From: Minisyncoccota bacterium | GTDB lineage: Bacteria; Patescibacteriota; Microgenomatia; UBA1400; UBA12028 | Assembly (NCBI GenBank): GCA_016211945.1 | Contig: JACRHV010000004.1 | Span: forward strand, 2,649-66,648 | DNA length: 64,000 nucleotides | Reading direction: 5' to 3' | Shown here: positions 8,947 to 18,419 of the stretch, one piece after another | Layout of the letters: each line of letters begins with the position of its first letter | How positions within the stretch are numbered: the first letter of the stretch is position 1 | The notes under the pieces: model-generated | What the model saw: only the letters and a program-made list of their open reading frames with translations | Databases searched by the model: none | What the model was told of the DNA's origin: nothing | Program-made: the position numbers and the translations under genes

Positions 8947-10105
8947 ATACTATACCGATCGCTGTCCAAAATGCCACCATGACCCATGGATAAAAAATGA
9001 GGTTGTTAAAGAGCGAACCAATCAGAATAGAGACAATCATAGAGATACCTATCGTGTTGCTTCTCGCAAACCAAAGAAGCTGTAAGAGAAATACGCCAAA
9101 TAACGAAAGCCCAATGATTCCTGTGGACTGGAGTACGGTAACAAAACTATTTCCGGGGGCAGATGAATGCGACGGGATGTAGTTTTGTGTAAATCCTCTG
9201 TTCGATTGACTGAGATACCATCCGTCGCCAATAATCCATGTTCGTAGAGTGAAGGTTTGCAATGTTGATGTAATTGCAGTATTCCGTGCTTGTACGCTCA
9301 CCGTTCTTTCAAGTCGTGCTCCTTCACTTGCTGGTCTCGGAAGGAAAAAAATTCCGACAGTAAAAAGAGCAAGGACAATGAGTATTTTTCTCTCTCTTTT
9401 CATGAATCCGTACACAATCAATCCAATGATATAACTTGCATATCCAGCACGTGAATATGTAAAAAGTAGAGCTACAAATGTTACGCACCATCCGAGACGC
9501 ATAATAATCGGAAGACGGTGTAGTTTTGGATATACTCCAAGAAGTACGAGCGTAAAGAGAGCGGCCGGAAAAGGGGGGTCAAGGAGTGTTGATACAAGAC
9601 GAAAGTAATGGTCATCCCATCCTAGAAGTGTAAGCCATCGCAGATCGGGAAAAATGACATACTGCACAATTCCAAACATGGCAAGGAGGTAGACGAAGAT
9701 CACTGCAATATATATCACGTCCGTACGTGTGACGTACCGTTTTTGAATTCCAATAGTGATAAGGGGAAAAAGTGAGGTGTACATTGCAACACGAAATAGG
9801 TATAAAAGTCCGATAAAAATCGGAAGTCCCCGGAAGCCCGCACTATATACTGAGATGCCAGCTACAACAGAAAAAAGTATCAAAACAGTAAAAAAGGGAA
9901 GCCTTTTGTATGCCGCAAAAACGTCTTTTGGGTAGAATATCCAACTCCCGATACCTCCTATAGCGATAAAAATCTCGTGCAGATAAAAAGAAATTATTGG
10001 TGTTACATATATTTTTTGAAACTGTCCCAAAACAAGTAATCCGAAAAATACGAGAAGAAAAATCCTATAGAAAAATCGCATAGTATACAGCAGGTTATGT
10101 TTCAT
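8918..10105 (-). CDS. O-antigen ligase/polymerase-like (Wzy_C-like) polytopic membrane protein
   Basis: Many TM helices with a central periplasmic loop (FTYSRAGYASYIIGL); sits in the glycan gene cluster. Confidence 0.45.
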   Translation of the reverse strand: MKHNLLYTMRFFYRIFLLVFFGLLVLGQFQKIYVTPIISFYLHEIFIAIGGIGSWIFYPKDVFAAYKRLPFFTVLILFSVVAGISVYSAGFRGLPIFIGLLYLFRVAMYTSLFPLITIGIQKRYVTRTDVIYIAVIFVYLLAMFGIVQYVIFPDLRWLTLLGWDDHYFRLVSTLLDPPFPAALFTLVLLGVYPKLHRLPIIMRLGWCVTFVALLFTYSRAGYASYIIGLIVYGFMKRERKILIVLALFTVGIFFLPRPASEGARLERTVSVQARNTAITSTLQTFTLRTWIIGDGWYLSQSNRGFTQNYIPSHSSAPGNSFVTVLQSTGIIGLSLFGVFLLQLLWFARSNTIGISMIVSILIGSLFNNLIFYPWVMVAFWTAIGIVYARRYGIHT

Positions 10106-10826
10106 ATTGTTTTATCCGTACGATGAGCGAATGAAGACTCATCATATATGCCATGGCAAAACCTGGAAATCCGTCAAGAAATCCACATTTGAGTACATAA
10201 TTCACAAAAAATTTTACTTTTGGATAATAGAGCAGTTTTATGAGCCATAGAAACAAGGGATCTTTCTGGATTTTTTCCATCTCTGTGTAGAGGTTAATTT
10301 TTTCAAGAAAGGATGTTACTGAAACATGGGGAGTGTGCATTATGGAATGCTTGAGTTTGCCAATACCACCACTGATATTCCATACTTCGTGCACAGGCCT
10401 ATACCACACTCCAGCATTTCGTTTTGCCAAGCGAAGAAGATGCATCCTCCCCGTTTCTCCATACCATAATGTTTTTTGCATAAACACGTCTGTGCGTTTG
10501 ATAAGAAAACCGTTGAATCGAGTTGTGGGTAACAGTGTTTGTATTTCATGTTGCAGTTCGAGGGTGAGATACTCGTCTGAGTCTAAAAACAGTACCCAGT
10601 CGTGTGTTGCTAAGGATAGTCCATTATTTCGCTGGTTGGCAAAATCTTTCAATGGTGAAGATATCCATCGAGCACCAAATTTATCTGCAATGTTCTTCGT
10701 TGAGTCGGATGATCCATCGTCGATAATCAGCACTTCTTGCGCCCATCGTACTGACTCTAGCGCTTTTTCAAGTGTGATCTCACTATTTTTTGTGAGGATA
10801 ATGACCGAAAGAGGAAATCTGTTCAT
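10095..10826 (-). CDS. Glycosyltransferase family 2
   Basis: VIILTKNSEITLEKALESV...IIDDGSSDST and a DXD region (LFLDSDEYL). Confidence 0.75.
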   Translation of the reverse strand: MNRFPLSVIILTKNSEITLEKALESVRWAQEVLIIDDGSSDSTKNIADKFGARWISSPLKDFANQRNNGLSLATHDWVLFLDSDEYLTLELQHEIQTLLPTTRFNGFLIKRTDVFMQKTLWYGETGRMHLLRLAKRNAGVWYRPVHEVWNISGGIGKLKHSIMHTPHVSVTSFLEKINLYTEMEKIQKDPLFLWLIKLLYYPKVKFFVNYVLKCGFLDGFPGFAMAYMMSLHSLIVRIKQYET

Positions 10827-12592
10827 TTCTTTTTTATCTTACCAGATTGATGTGCTTTTGACAGTTTTTGTGGTGTGATAAAACCGATTACCATCATGCC
10901 CGCAATAAAAAGACTGAGTCGTTTTGTGTAAGTCCGCACGAGTGTGTCTCGCAGTTCAACAACAACCTCGAATTCACCTTTTGGCAATGTCCACACAATT
11001 CTTCCGGGTGCAGTTTCATCAGAGTACGTGAATGGGTATACAGAATTATTAACCAACACAATCCAACTGGGAAAGTACAATGTATAGTCAACAAAACGTG
11101 CTTGGTCTGAAGAGACAGTAATCAAATATTTGTGCATCGTTGCTTTTCTGTTCTGATCTTTAATCGTAGCCTCACCGGAAAGGATTTCTATGTGTTTTTC
11201 TTTTTTTGGCAATGTATCAGTGTCTACCCATATCGTCTTTCCTGGTCCTACCTTATCCAAAGAAGACATCATCGTTGCGCGAATATAGTCATCTGTCACG
11301 TATGAAAGCATTCTCCTGTTTCCCCAGTTGAGTATCGTGGTACCAACGACGATGATACAAAGTATCCCAACGAAAATCGTATGTTTGATGTACCGAACAA
11401 TGTATGTCGCAAGTATTGAGGTAAGAAAGGCAACGAACAGCAGTAGACGATAGGAGAATTGAAAACCTCGCAACACAGGGATGGCGGACCAGATGTGTTT
11501 TGAATACGAAAGCATCATAAAACACGTAAAGAAAAAAAGCCCCAAAACCATAAAGATGCCGACTCGATCTCTCTTGTGCATTATCTGTTTCAGCAAAAGA
11601 AATATCGATAAAAGTACAACGAGAATTTGCGCATATCCGATGAGAAACGATAGTTCACCATAATGTCCTTGGAACAAGAGTCCTGCTCTCCATGGTGAAT
11701 ACAGAAGTTGTAATGGTTGCAGGAACTCAATGGTGTTTGCTGATAATAAATATGTGAACCGTGATTCAATTAAGATCGGTGCCCAGTAATATGAGGTGCC
11801 CATGATTCCCAGTGTGACACTAAAACATGAGTAAAAAAGAAAGATCTTTCTTTTCTGAGATCTCCACGTAAGTGTAATTCCATACAGGCCTAAAAGTAAG
11901 AATGAGAGCAAGGAGATTGCCTGATGAGAAAGAATAAAGAGACCGAAAACAACAGCGGCGGTTATGCTACGCCTCATTGTTGGATTCTCATATAATCGTC
12001 GCACCGTGAGAAAACTCAGTGGTAGCAAAGCAAACGCAACACTCTCACCTATTGCAACGCGAAAATGCATATCAACTAAATGGTACGGGGCAAAAAGATA
12101 AAACAATCCTGCAACAAAAGCTCCTTTTTCAGATGCAAACTCCCTTTTGATCCAGTGAAATATTGCTTGCCCCGATAGTATGTACGAAACAGCGAGAACA
12201 ATCTTGAGACTAGTAATCATTGAAAACTCAAAAAAATGGAGAAGTGATGATAGATAGTATGGGAGTTGATACTGAAAGAGATAAAGAGGATATCCATACC
12301 CCTGAACAATGTATTGATTCCAAACAGGAATGAAATTTCCTTCTCGAATTGCATCATAAAACGGCAAAGCAAAACTTGTATGGAGAGAAAGATCGCCACT
12401 CTCATATGATCCAACGCGGAGTATGCTTAAAAGCGGAAGGAGTGATATCCCAAACAATATGTTGTCAAACGAAATGCTTTTTTTGGGATACATTCTCGTA
12501 TATATGAAATAACAAGAGAGCAATACAACACTCGCAATACCATTCAGTACAACCATGTGCAGTGGACCTTCAAACAGAGTTGATAATGTCAT
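10823..12592 (-). CDS. Large polytopic membrane protein, probable GT-C-type glycosyltransferase or glycan polymerase
   Basis: 589 aa: ~400 aa of TM helices plus a soluble C-terminal domain, inside a glycosyltransferase cluster. Family not assignable by eye. Confidence 0.4.
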   Translation of the reverse strand: MTLSTLFEGPLHMVVLNGIASVVLLSCYFIYTRMYPKKSISFDNILFGISLLPLLSILRVGSYESGDLSLHTSFALPFYDAIREGNFIPVWNQYIVQGYGYPLYLFQYQLPYYLSSLLHFFEFSMITSLKIVLAVSYILSGQAIFHWIKREFASEKGAFVAGLFYLFAPYHLVDMHFRVAIGESVAFALLPLSFLTVRRLYENPTMRRSITAAVVFGLFILSHQAISLLSFLLLGLYGITLTWRSQKRKIFLFYSCFSVTLGIMGTSYYWAPILIESRFTYLLSANTIEFLQPLQLLYSPWRAGLLFQGHYGELSFLIGYAQILVVLLSIFLLLKQIMHKRDRVGIFMVLGLFFFTCFMMLSYSKHIWSAIPVLRGFQFSYRLLLFVAFLTSILATYIVRYIKHTIFVGILCIIVVGTTILNWGNRRMLSYVTDDYIRATMMSSLDKVGPGKTIWVDTDTLPKKEKHIEILSGEATIKDQNRKATMHKYLITVSSDQARFVDYTLYFPSWIVLVNNSVYPFTYSDETAPGRIVWTLPKGEFEVVVELRDTLVRTYTKRLSLFIAGMMVIGFITPQKLSKAHQSGKIKKK

Positions 12593-12613
12593 ACGGTATA
12601 CTATATCTGATTT

Positions 12614-13405
12614 ATGTCTATCACTAATCTATTATATCGATTCAGCGCAGAAAGAGTTGATAGTGATAATCCTCATCTCTCTGCTTTTTTCCCACAACAG
12701 CAAAAGGCCTATACCTTTTGCAAACAATACTGCAGAAATAAGAGGGTCATTGAGTTCGGATGTGGAAGTGGGTTTGGTGCGTATCGTATCACCGAGGTCG
12801 CCACCTCTGTTACGGCCATAGATAATGATTGCAACACAATTCAGCACTGTCGAGCGAAATACAAAAAAAATAATCTTCGTTTCCAAGTAAACAAAGCAGA
12901 GCAGTTTATTTCAAAAAGAAAATTTGATGTCGCTATTTCCTTTCAGGTCATTGAACACATCGAATCTCAATTTGTCGAAAATTATCTGTTTTCAATAAAA
13001 CGTGCATTGAAGCCAAAAGGAGTGTGCTTCATTTCAACGCCAAACGCACCATTATCTTCGTATAACGAAAATCCCTACCATTACAAGGAATACTCAGGCA
13101 TCGAGTTAAAGACGCTTCTGTCTCGCTATTTTACACAGGTCACTCTTTTTGGTGTTGAAGGAGATTCAATCGTACGTTTATTTGAGAAGAGAAGAAAAGA
13201 AAGAGTACTTTCTGCACTCCAGAAAGATGTCTTTCGCATGCGAAACATTGTTCCAAGAAAAATGCGTCAAGTCATCTTTGATTTTGCATCGTATTTTGTA
13301 AGAAAAAAGCTCAATCTGTTCTCTGTCAACGTACGTGAAAAAAATTATCAAATTCGTACATTGCGCCCTCGCTCTGCCATAGACATCATTGCAGTTTGCA
13401 GATGA
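12614..13405 (+). CDS. Class I SAM-dependent methyltransferase
   Basis: Motif I VIEFGCGSGFGAY, then FDVAISFQVIEHI and LKPKGVCFISTPN. 3' end overlaps the convergent GT2 gene by 58 nt. Confidence 0.7.
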   Translation: MSITNLLYRFSAERVDSDNPHLSAFFPQQQKAYTFCKQYCRNKRVIEFGCGSGFGAYRITEVATSVTAIDNDCNTIQHCRAKYKKNNLRFQVNKAEQFISKRKFDVAISFQVIEHIESQFVENYLFSIKRALKPKGVCFISTPNAPLSSYNENPYHYKEYSGIELKTLLSRYFTQVTLFGVEGDSIVRLFEKRRKERVLSALQKDVFRMRNIVPRKMRQVIFDFASYFVRKKLNLFSVNVREKNYQIRTLRPRSAIDIIAVCR

Positions 13406-14283
13406 ACAATGAGGCGCCTTACTATTTCAATGGTCATATACAGTGAAAATCGTAAAAGTAGTCCTAGATATACACAGGTATTTAGTCCCACTGAGCTTTT
13501 CCGCTTGTGATGTTTATTGTAGTAATGCAACATACCTAAATGAAAAAGTATGACTGCTTTAAATCGAAACTGTTGTGATGTCCCCCCGTGAATATGGCGA
13601 ATTGTTACTTTAGGATAGTAAAAAACCTTCCAACCCGCCTTAATCGTGCGGTAACAAAAATCGGTATCTTCGCAGTACATGTAGAACTTTTCATCCAAAT
13701 ATCCAATTTTTTTGATGACTGATCTTCGAATAAACATGAACGCTCCCAATATACCGCCCACCTCGGTAGACTGATTGATGTCCAAATACGTCATGTAATA
13801 GTTTGTTGTTTTCCACCGTGGAAAGAGCATATGCAAACCAAACATTTGAAATAACACATTTGCGAGCGTTGGAATCGCATGACGACACGGTAAATCCAAA
13901 TGGCCATCGTGCTTCAGCACTTTACACCCGACCACACCAATATTCTTGTGTGAGTCCATAAACTTCACTAAAGAATCGAGGTGCGACTCCCGAGTAAAAG
14001 TGACATCTGAGTTTAGGTGTAAGATGTACCTACCTCGAGCTAGCTTTGTCCCACGATTGTATGTTTTGCTATATCCAAGATTTTTATCATTTCTATACAT
14101 GCGAACTTTTGAGAATTTCCTTTTTATTGCGGCAAACGAGTCGTCCGTAGAAGCATCATCGATCACAATAACCTCGAATGAAATATGCTTACGATGTGCG
14201 TAGAGTGATGACAGCGTACGTAGTGTGATATTTTTGGAGTTGTATGTGCCAATGATGATGGATAAATCAGGCGATTTACTCAT
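13348..14283 (-). CDS. Glycosyltransferase family 2
   Basis: LSIIIGTYNS...VIVIDDASTDDS and LHLNSDV (DXD-like). Confidence 0.75.
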   Translation of the reverse strand: MSKSPDLSIIIGTYNSKNITLRTLSSLYAHRKHISFEVIVIDDASTDDSFAAIKRKFSKVRMYRNDKNLGYSKTYNRGTKLARGRYILHLNSDVTFTRESHLDSLVKFMDSHKNIGVVGCKVLKHDGHLDLPCRHAIPTLANVLFQMFGLHMLFPRWKTTNYYMTYLDINQSTEVGGILGAFMFIRRSVIKKIGYLDEKFYMYCEDTDFCYRTIKAGWKVFYYPKVTIRHIHGGTSQQFRFKAVILFHLGMLHYYNKHHKRKSSVGLNTCVYLGLLLRFSLYMTIEIVRRLIVHLQTAMMSMAERGRNVRI

Positions 14284-14335
14284 TCTTAAAATGTAACATT
14301 GAACCGTGGAAAAGAAAATACAAGGATTTACCAGA

Positions 14336-16468
14336 CTAATATACAGACTTTTTTACGACACGAACCATTCCAAACTCTCTTTTTTCGTATTGCAAAAGCG
14401 GAAGTATTGTCTCACGTTCAAAAGAAACAACATATTTCTTCCCTGAATCTTCAATTTTTCCGCCCTTTGTTTGTACGAGAAATTTTATGTGATCAAGATA
14501 GGTATTAAACGATGATCCGTTATCGAATGAAACGAGATGAATAGGTTCATTTTTTGAGTCCCTGACAATCCATTGTGAAGCATGAAGGTAATCAAGTATG
14601 GATGAAGAAGAAGCTATATCTTTTTGTAAAAAATACACTTGTTTTGCGTAGAAAAAAATAAGAAAAAATATTGCAATACGTTGTGCTCTTTTCGGCATCC
14701 AAAATAAAGTGTGGGCAAGAAAGATAACAATGAACACAAGATATGGCGGAAAATACGCCTCGGATGGAAACCCATGAATAAATATTGAAAGAGAAAGGAC
14801 CATGCTTCCAAATATTGCATAGACGTACAGGCTATGTTTTTTAAGTGTCTGCTGGTGACGAAACGCATAAAAAAAACTTAAAAATACGAGTACGCCAACT
14901 GCATAAAGTGTACTGCCATTTTCTTGTCCCACAAAAGAGAGAAATTGATCAAAGGATTTCGTTACAATCCGCGCAATTGCTTCACCTGACAAACCGTGCC
15001 GACCGTCAAAGCCGGAAACTGCGACGATTCTATATCCAACCCATCCGACCAATCCACAAAGATGTGAACATCGATGTGTGATATCAAAAACGATTTGTGG
15101 AAGAAGGCCCATAATTGTCGCACCCACTATACCAATCCAATGTTTTTTTATTGATATTTTTTCCAAAAAGAAAGAAAGAGGGAGTAGAAGAATGAGAGAT
15201 AATGTTGCAAGCTCCCACTGTAATAGAAAAAAGTATGTGAAAACAACAAAGAAAACTGATCGTCTGCTTGAATTCTTTACAACAGAAAGACACCAAAGGT
15301 ATACCACAAGAAACACAGGAACAGCAAAGAGATAAAATGGCATACGAGACTGCATGACTGCGGTGACTGATACTGCAAAAAAGAGACTACCAAAAAATGA
15401 GGCCTGTTTACCTACTGTTCGCTCAAGAAGACAGTATAGAGCTCCAGCACCCATCGTAGTGAGAACCGCGGCAAAAAGTGGTGGCGAGAAAACTGTAAAT
15501 CCGCCCAAAATGAAACTTATTGAATCAAACCAAATATTGAGTGGCCCCTGACTAAAACGGGGAATGCTGGATGGAATTCCGAGGAGAGGAATTTCCTGAC
15601 CACGCACAACATTAAGTGCATACAGATAGTCTCTACCAACATCTCCAATCAATGGAATGTGCGTGGGCATCATTGTTCGAAGATAGAAGGCAAGACCAAT
15701 GAGAAAAAGGATTCTCCATTGTTCAGTCAACGCAAACCACAATTCTAAAATAATACCCTGAACAAGACCAAGGTGTTTTTTAAAATAGACAAATCGACTC
15801 TTTCTAAAAACATCTGACACATCAAAATCTGCCTGTTTCATCGAGATACGTTGAGGATGATGAAAGATAGACGATGCAAGAAATACAGTTGATTTTCCTC
15901 TATTTTCCATACGCTTACAGAGATCGAACTCTTCCCAATAGAGAAAAAATTGTGGATCAAATGCCCCAGCTTTCATAAAATCGTCTTTTCGCACCATCAT
16001 TGTCGCTCCCGAAATTACAGAAACCTCCTTTGTAGACTCTCTATTCCACGCCTTTATCCAGTACTCTGAGGACAACGAAAGTCCAGGAACGAGTGAGTTA
16101 AAAAATGACAAAGAGAAGAATGCTTTCCAAAACGATGGGTGTTCTGTGGATGAAAGTTCTGTTTTTCCATCTTCGTTGATGAATTTTGGTCCGACAATCC
16201 CCACCTTTGGGTGGTGTTCAAGATACTCAAACATGTCTTCTATTGCGTGTTTTTTGGGTAAAACATCTGGATTGAGAAAAAGAAGGTATCTCCCCCGTGC
16301 TTTCTCTGCTCCGCTGTTACATCCCCCACCATAGCCTTTATTTTCATATGAATTATCGATAACAATGACCTCCCAGTCATCATGTGTTGGAATAGCTTGC
16401 AGTAACGCATGAAGATGTGAGCCGCTTTTGTACTCAACGATAATGATAGAAAGTGTGATCTTTTTCAT
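14336..16468 (-). CDS. GT2 glycosyltransferase fused to a large polytopic membrane domain (710 aa)
   Basis: N-terminal LSIIIVEYKSG...VIVIDNSYENKGYGGGCNSG...LFLNPDV, followed by ~450 aa of TM helices. Confidence 0.7.
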   Translation of the reverse strand: MKKITLSIIIVEYKSGSHLHALLQAIPTHDDWEVIVIDNSYENKGYGGGCNSGAEKARGRYLLFLNPDVLPKKHAIEDMFEYLEHHPKVGIVGPKFINEDGKTELSSTEHPSFWKAFFSLSFFNSLVPGLSLSSEYWIKAWNRESTKEVSVISGATMMVRKDDFMKAGAFDPQFFLYWEEFDLCKRMENRGKSTVFLASSIFHHPQRISMKQADFDVSDVFRKSRFVYFKKHLGLVQGIILELWFALTEQWRILFLIGLAFYLRTMMPTHIPLIGDVGRDYLYALNVVRGQEIPLLGIPSSIPRFSQGPLNIWFDSISFILGGFTVFSPPLFAAVLTTMGAGALYCLLERTVGKQASFFGSLFFAVSVTAVMQSRMPFYLFAVPVFLVVYLWCLSVVKNSSRRSVFFVVFTYFFLLQWELATLSLILLLPLSFFLEKISIKKHWIGIVGATIMGLLPQIVFDITHRCSHLCGLVGWVGYRIVAVSGFDGRHGLSGEAIARIVTKSFDQFLSFVGQENGSTLYAVGVLVFLSFFYAFRHQQTLKKHSLYVYAIFGSMVLSLSIFIHGFPSEAYFPPYLVFIVIFLAHTLFWMPKRAQRIAIFFLIFFYAKQVYFLQKDIASSSSILDYLHASQWIVRDSKNEPIHLVSFDNGSSFNTYLDHIKFLVQTKGGKIEDSGKKYVVSFERETILPLLQYEKREFGMVRVVKKSVY

Positions 16469-17376
16469 GTGTGTGACAACAGTCGTTGTACAAATCCTCT
16501 AGTTGATCCTACCATGACGGCTATATCCGTTCCTACCTGCATAAGAGGAAGTATCCACAACGCAGAGGTGTCATGAACATAGCGATAGTTTTTGTGTACC
16601 GCCCAGCACATGTAGCCCATGAATAGAAGGATGCAGAGGAGTGGAGAGAAAAAGTATACAACAAGGCCTATAACATATCGAAAAAAAATAGAGATCATCT
16701 TGGGACGATACATCCCCGCCTGTGTGTCACCAAATGCAAATCGATACACCTGCGTGAAAAATGAACTCCATGTATGCGGTGGGTGCCAACCCACCACCGC
16801 TGTCTGCTGAAATTGCAATACTGCTCCTGTTGCGAGCAACCGATGGGCAAAAACGTAATCCTCGTTCATCGAGTATTCATGAGGAAACCCGCCAGCGTTT
16901 ACCCAAGCGGATTTTCGTATTGCCATAGACCGTGTCGCTGGAAGAAAGGTGTTTTTTTTGATATTTTCTGGCATGACAAGCATATACGCCGCCGCCGCTC
17001 GTTCAAAAGAGGACTGGGCTAGTGCACGATAGTATCCCGCGACCACATCGATCTTTTCCTGTTCAAAAGGCTGCACAATTTCTTGCAGCCATGTTGAGTC
17101 CGGCTCACACCCCGCGTCGGTGAACGCAATAATATCATTTCTTGCCAATACCACCCCCATGTTTCTGCCCAAAGACCGATTCCCCACCTTTTTCACAACA
17201 ACTTTTCTCCATGGTAATTGAAGTCTTTGTAGTAATGTATATGTGTTGTCTGTTGATCCTCCGTCAACAATAATCACCTCATCTGGCCGATGCGTCTGTT
17301 TTGACAGTGCATGAAACAACGCTTCAATTGTATCTGCCTCATTTTTTACTGTAATAACTATTGATACCTTGACCAT
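16465..17376 (-). CDS. Glycosyltransferase family 2 with C-terminal TM segments
   Basis: VSIVITVKNEADTIEALFHALSKQTHRPDEVIIVDGGSTDNT. Confidence 0.7.
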   Translation of the reverse strand: MVKVSIVITVKNEADTIEALFHALSKQTHRPDEVIIVDGGSTDNTYTLLQRLQLPWRKVVVKKVGNRSLGRNMGVVLARNDIIAFTDAGCEPDSTWLQEIVQPFEQEKIDVVAGYYRALAQSSFERAAAAYMLVMPENIKKNTFLPATRSMAIRKSAWVNAGGFPHEYSMNEDYVFAHRLLATGAVLQFQQTAVVGWHPPHTWSSFFTQVYRFAFGDTQAGMYRPKMISIFFRYVIGLVVYFFSPLLCILLFMGYMCWAVHKNYRYVHDTSALWILPLMQVGTDIAVMVGSTRGFVQRLLSHT

Positions 17377-18410
17377 AGATCCTCATATGTATCTGCGACC
17401 GCATTCCACCGTTGATTCAATGCCCAAATCTGAGCATCATGAACATCCTGATTTTCTCGTGTTGAGTTTCGTAATAATTCTCGCATCACTTCAACTAATT
17501 GGGATGGCTGTGAGAACGTACATGCGTACCGAATAGCCGGGAAGGACATGAGATAGTCTTTTTTGATCTCATTATTCCAATGTGCACACACATATCTCCC
17601 TGTTTGCATCGCCTCAATTATGCCCAAATAACGAGAGACAAACGCAAACCTAGCTCGTGCAAGAGCTTTCAGTGGTTCTCGTGTTACGCCTTTATATGTA
17701 ATGTATGAAACACCTCGTATCATATCCTGCAATGGTGATAGAAGTTCTCCCTCGCCGTATATGGTAAGTGTGATTTGTCCTTCCAACGCGAGTACGACCC
17801 GAACATACTCCAATACGCCAGTGTCATCGGATAGTCTCCCGATAAATACCGCAGTTTGTGACTCCACTGGTTTTTGCGGTTGTGCATCTGCTGCTCCGTA
17901 CACTACAAACGTAGGTTTAGCGTAATACCACATACGCATCCAATTTCCAACACAAATCGAACCCCAGGACAAAAACTCACTCACCTTCCTTGACCTCACT
18001 GCTTTCAAGCTTGGTGGCCCAACTCCTTCATATCCGTGAAACGTCGTATATACGGGTTTCCAAAAGAGAACAAATCGAACGGGTATATACCACCAGAACA
18101 CGTCATGTGTGTGTACTCTTTCTGTATGAAGAAATATCTTGATGTGGAGAAGCATCCAAATCCATGTACCAATCTTAGAGTGCAGAGAGTTTTGATGAAT
18201 GCGAACAACATGAAGGTGGTCTAATTTCTCGTACAAGGGTAGAGTTCCGTCGTACTGTTCCGTAACAACAGTCACGTCGTAGTTTCGTTTGTGCAGTTCG
18301 CGTGATAACTGACGAATATGATGCTCAACACCACCAATATGGGGAGAGTATAACCTCGAGAGAAAGACCACTTTCCTTTTTGTAAGGTTATTGTAAGGTT
18401 CGCGTGTCAT
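17358..18410 (-). CDS. Glycosyltransferase family 1-like
   Basis: N-terminal VVFLSRLYSPHIGGVEHHIRQLSRELHKRNYDVTVVT, typical of GT4 N-domains. Confidence 0.6.
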   Translation of the reverse strand: MTREPYNNLTKRKVVFLSRLYSPHIGGVEHHIRQLSRELHKRNYDVTVVTEQYDGTLPLYEKLDHLHVVRIHQNSLHSKIGTWIWMLLHIKIFLHTERVHTHDVFWWYIPVRFVLFWKPVYTTFHGYEGVGPPSLKAVRSRKVSEFLSWGSICVGNWMRMWYYAKPTFVVYGAADAQPQKPVESQTAVFIGRLSDDTGVLEYVRVVLALEGQITLTIYGEGELLSPLQDMIRGVSYITYKGVTREPLKALARARFAFVSRYLGIIEAMQTGRYVCAHWNNEIKKDYLMSFPAIRYACTFSQPSQLVEVMRELLRNSTRENQDVHDAQIWALNQRWNAVADTYEDLWSRYQ

Positions 18411-18419
18411 AGTAGTGCG

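Noticed and set aside
10333-10878. 181 aa plus-strand ORF
   Set aside because: Antisense within the GT2 gene 10095-10826, Cys/Ser-rich; shadow frame.
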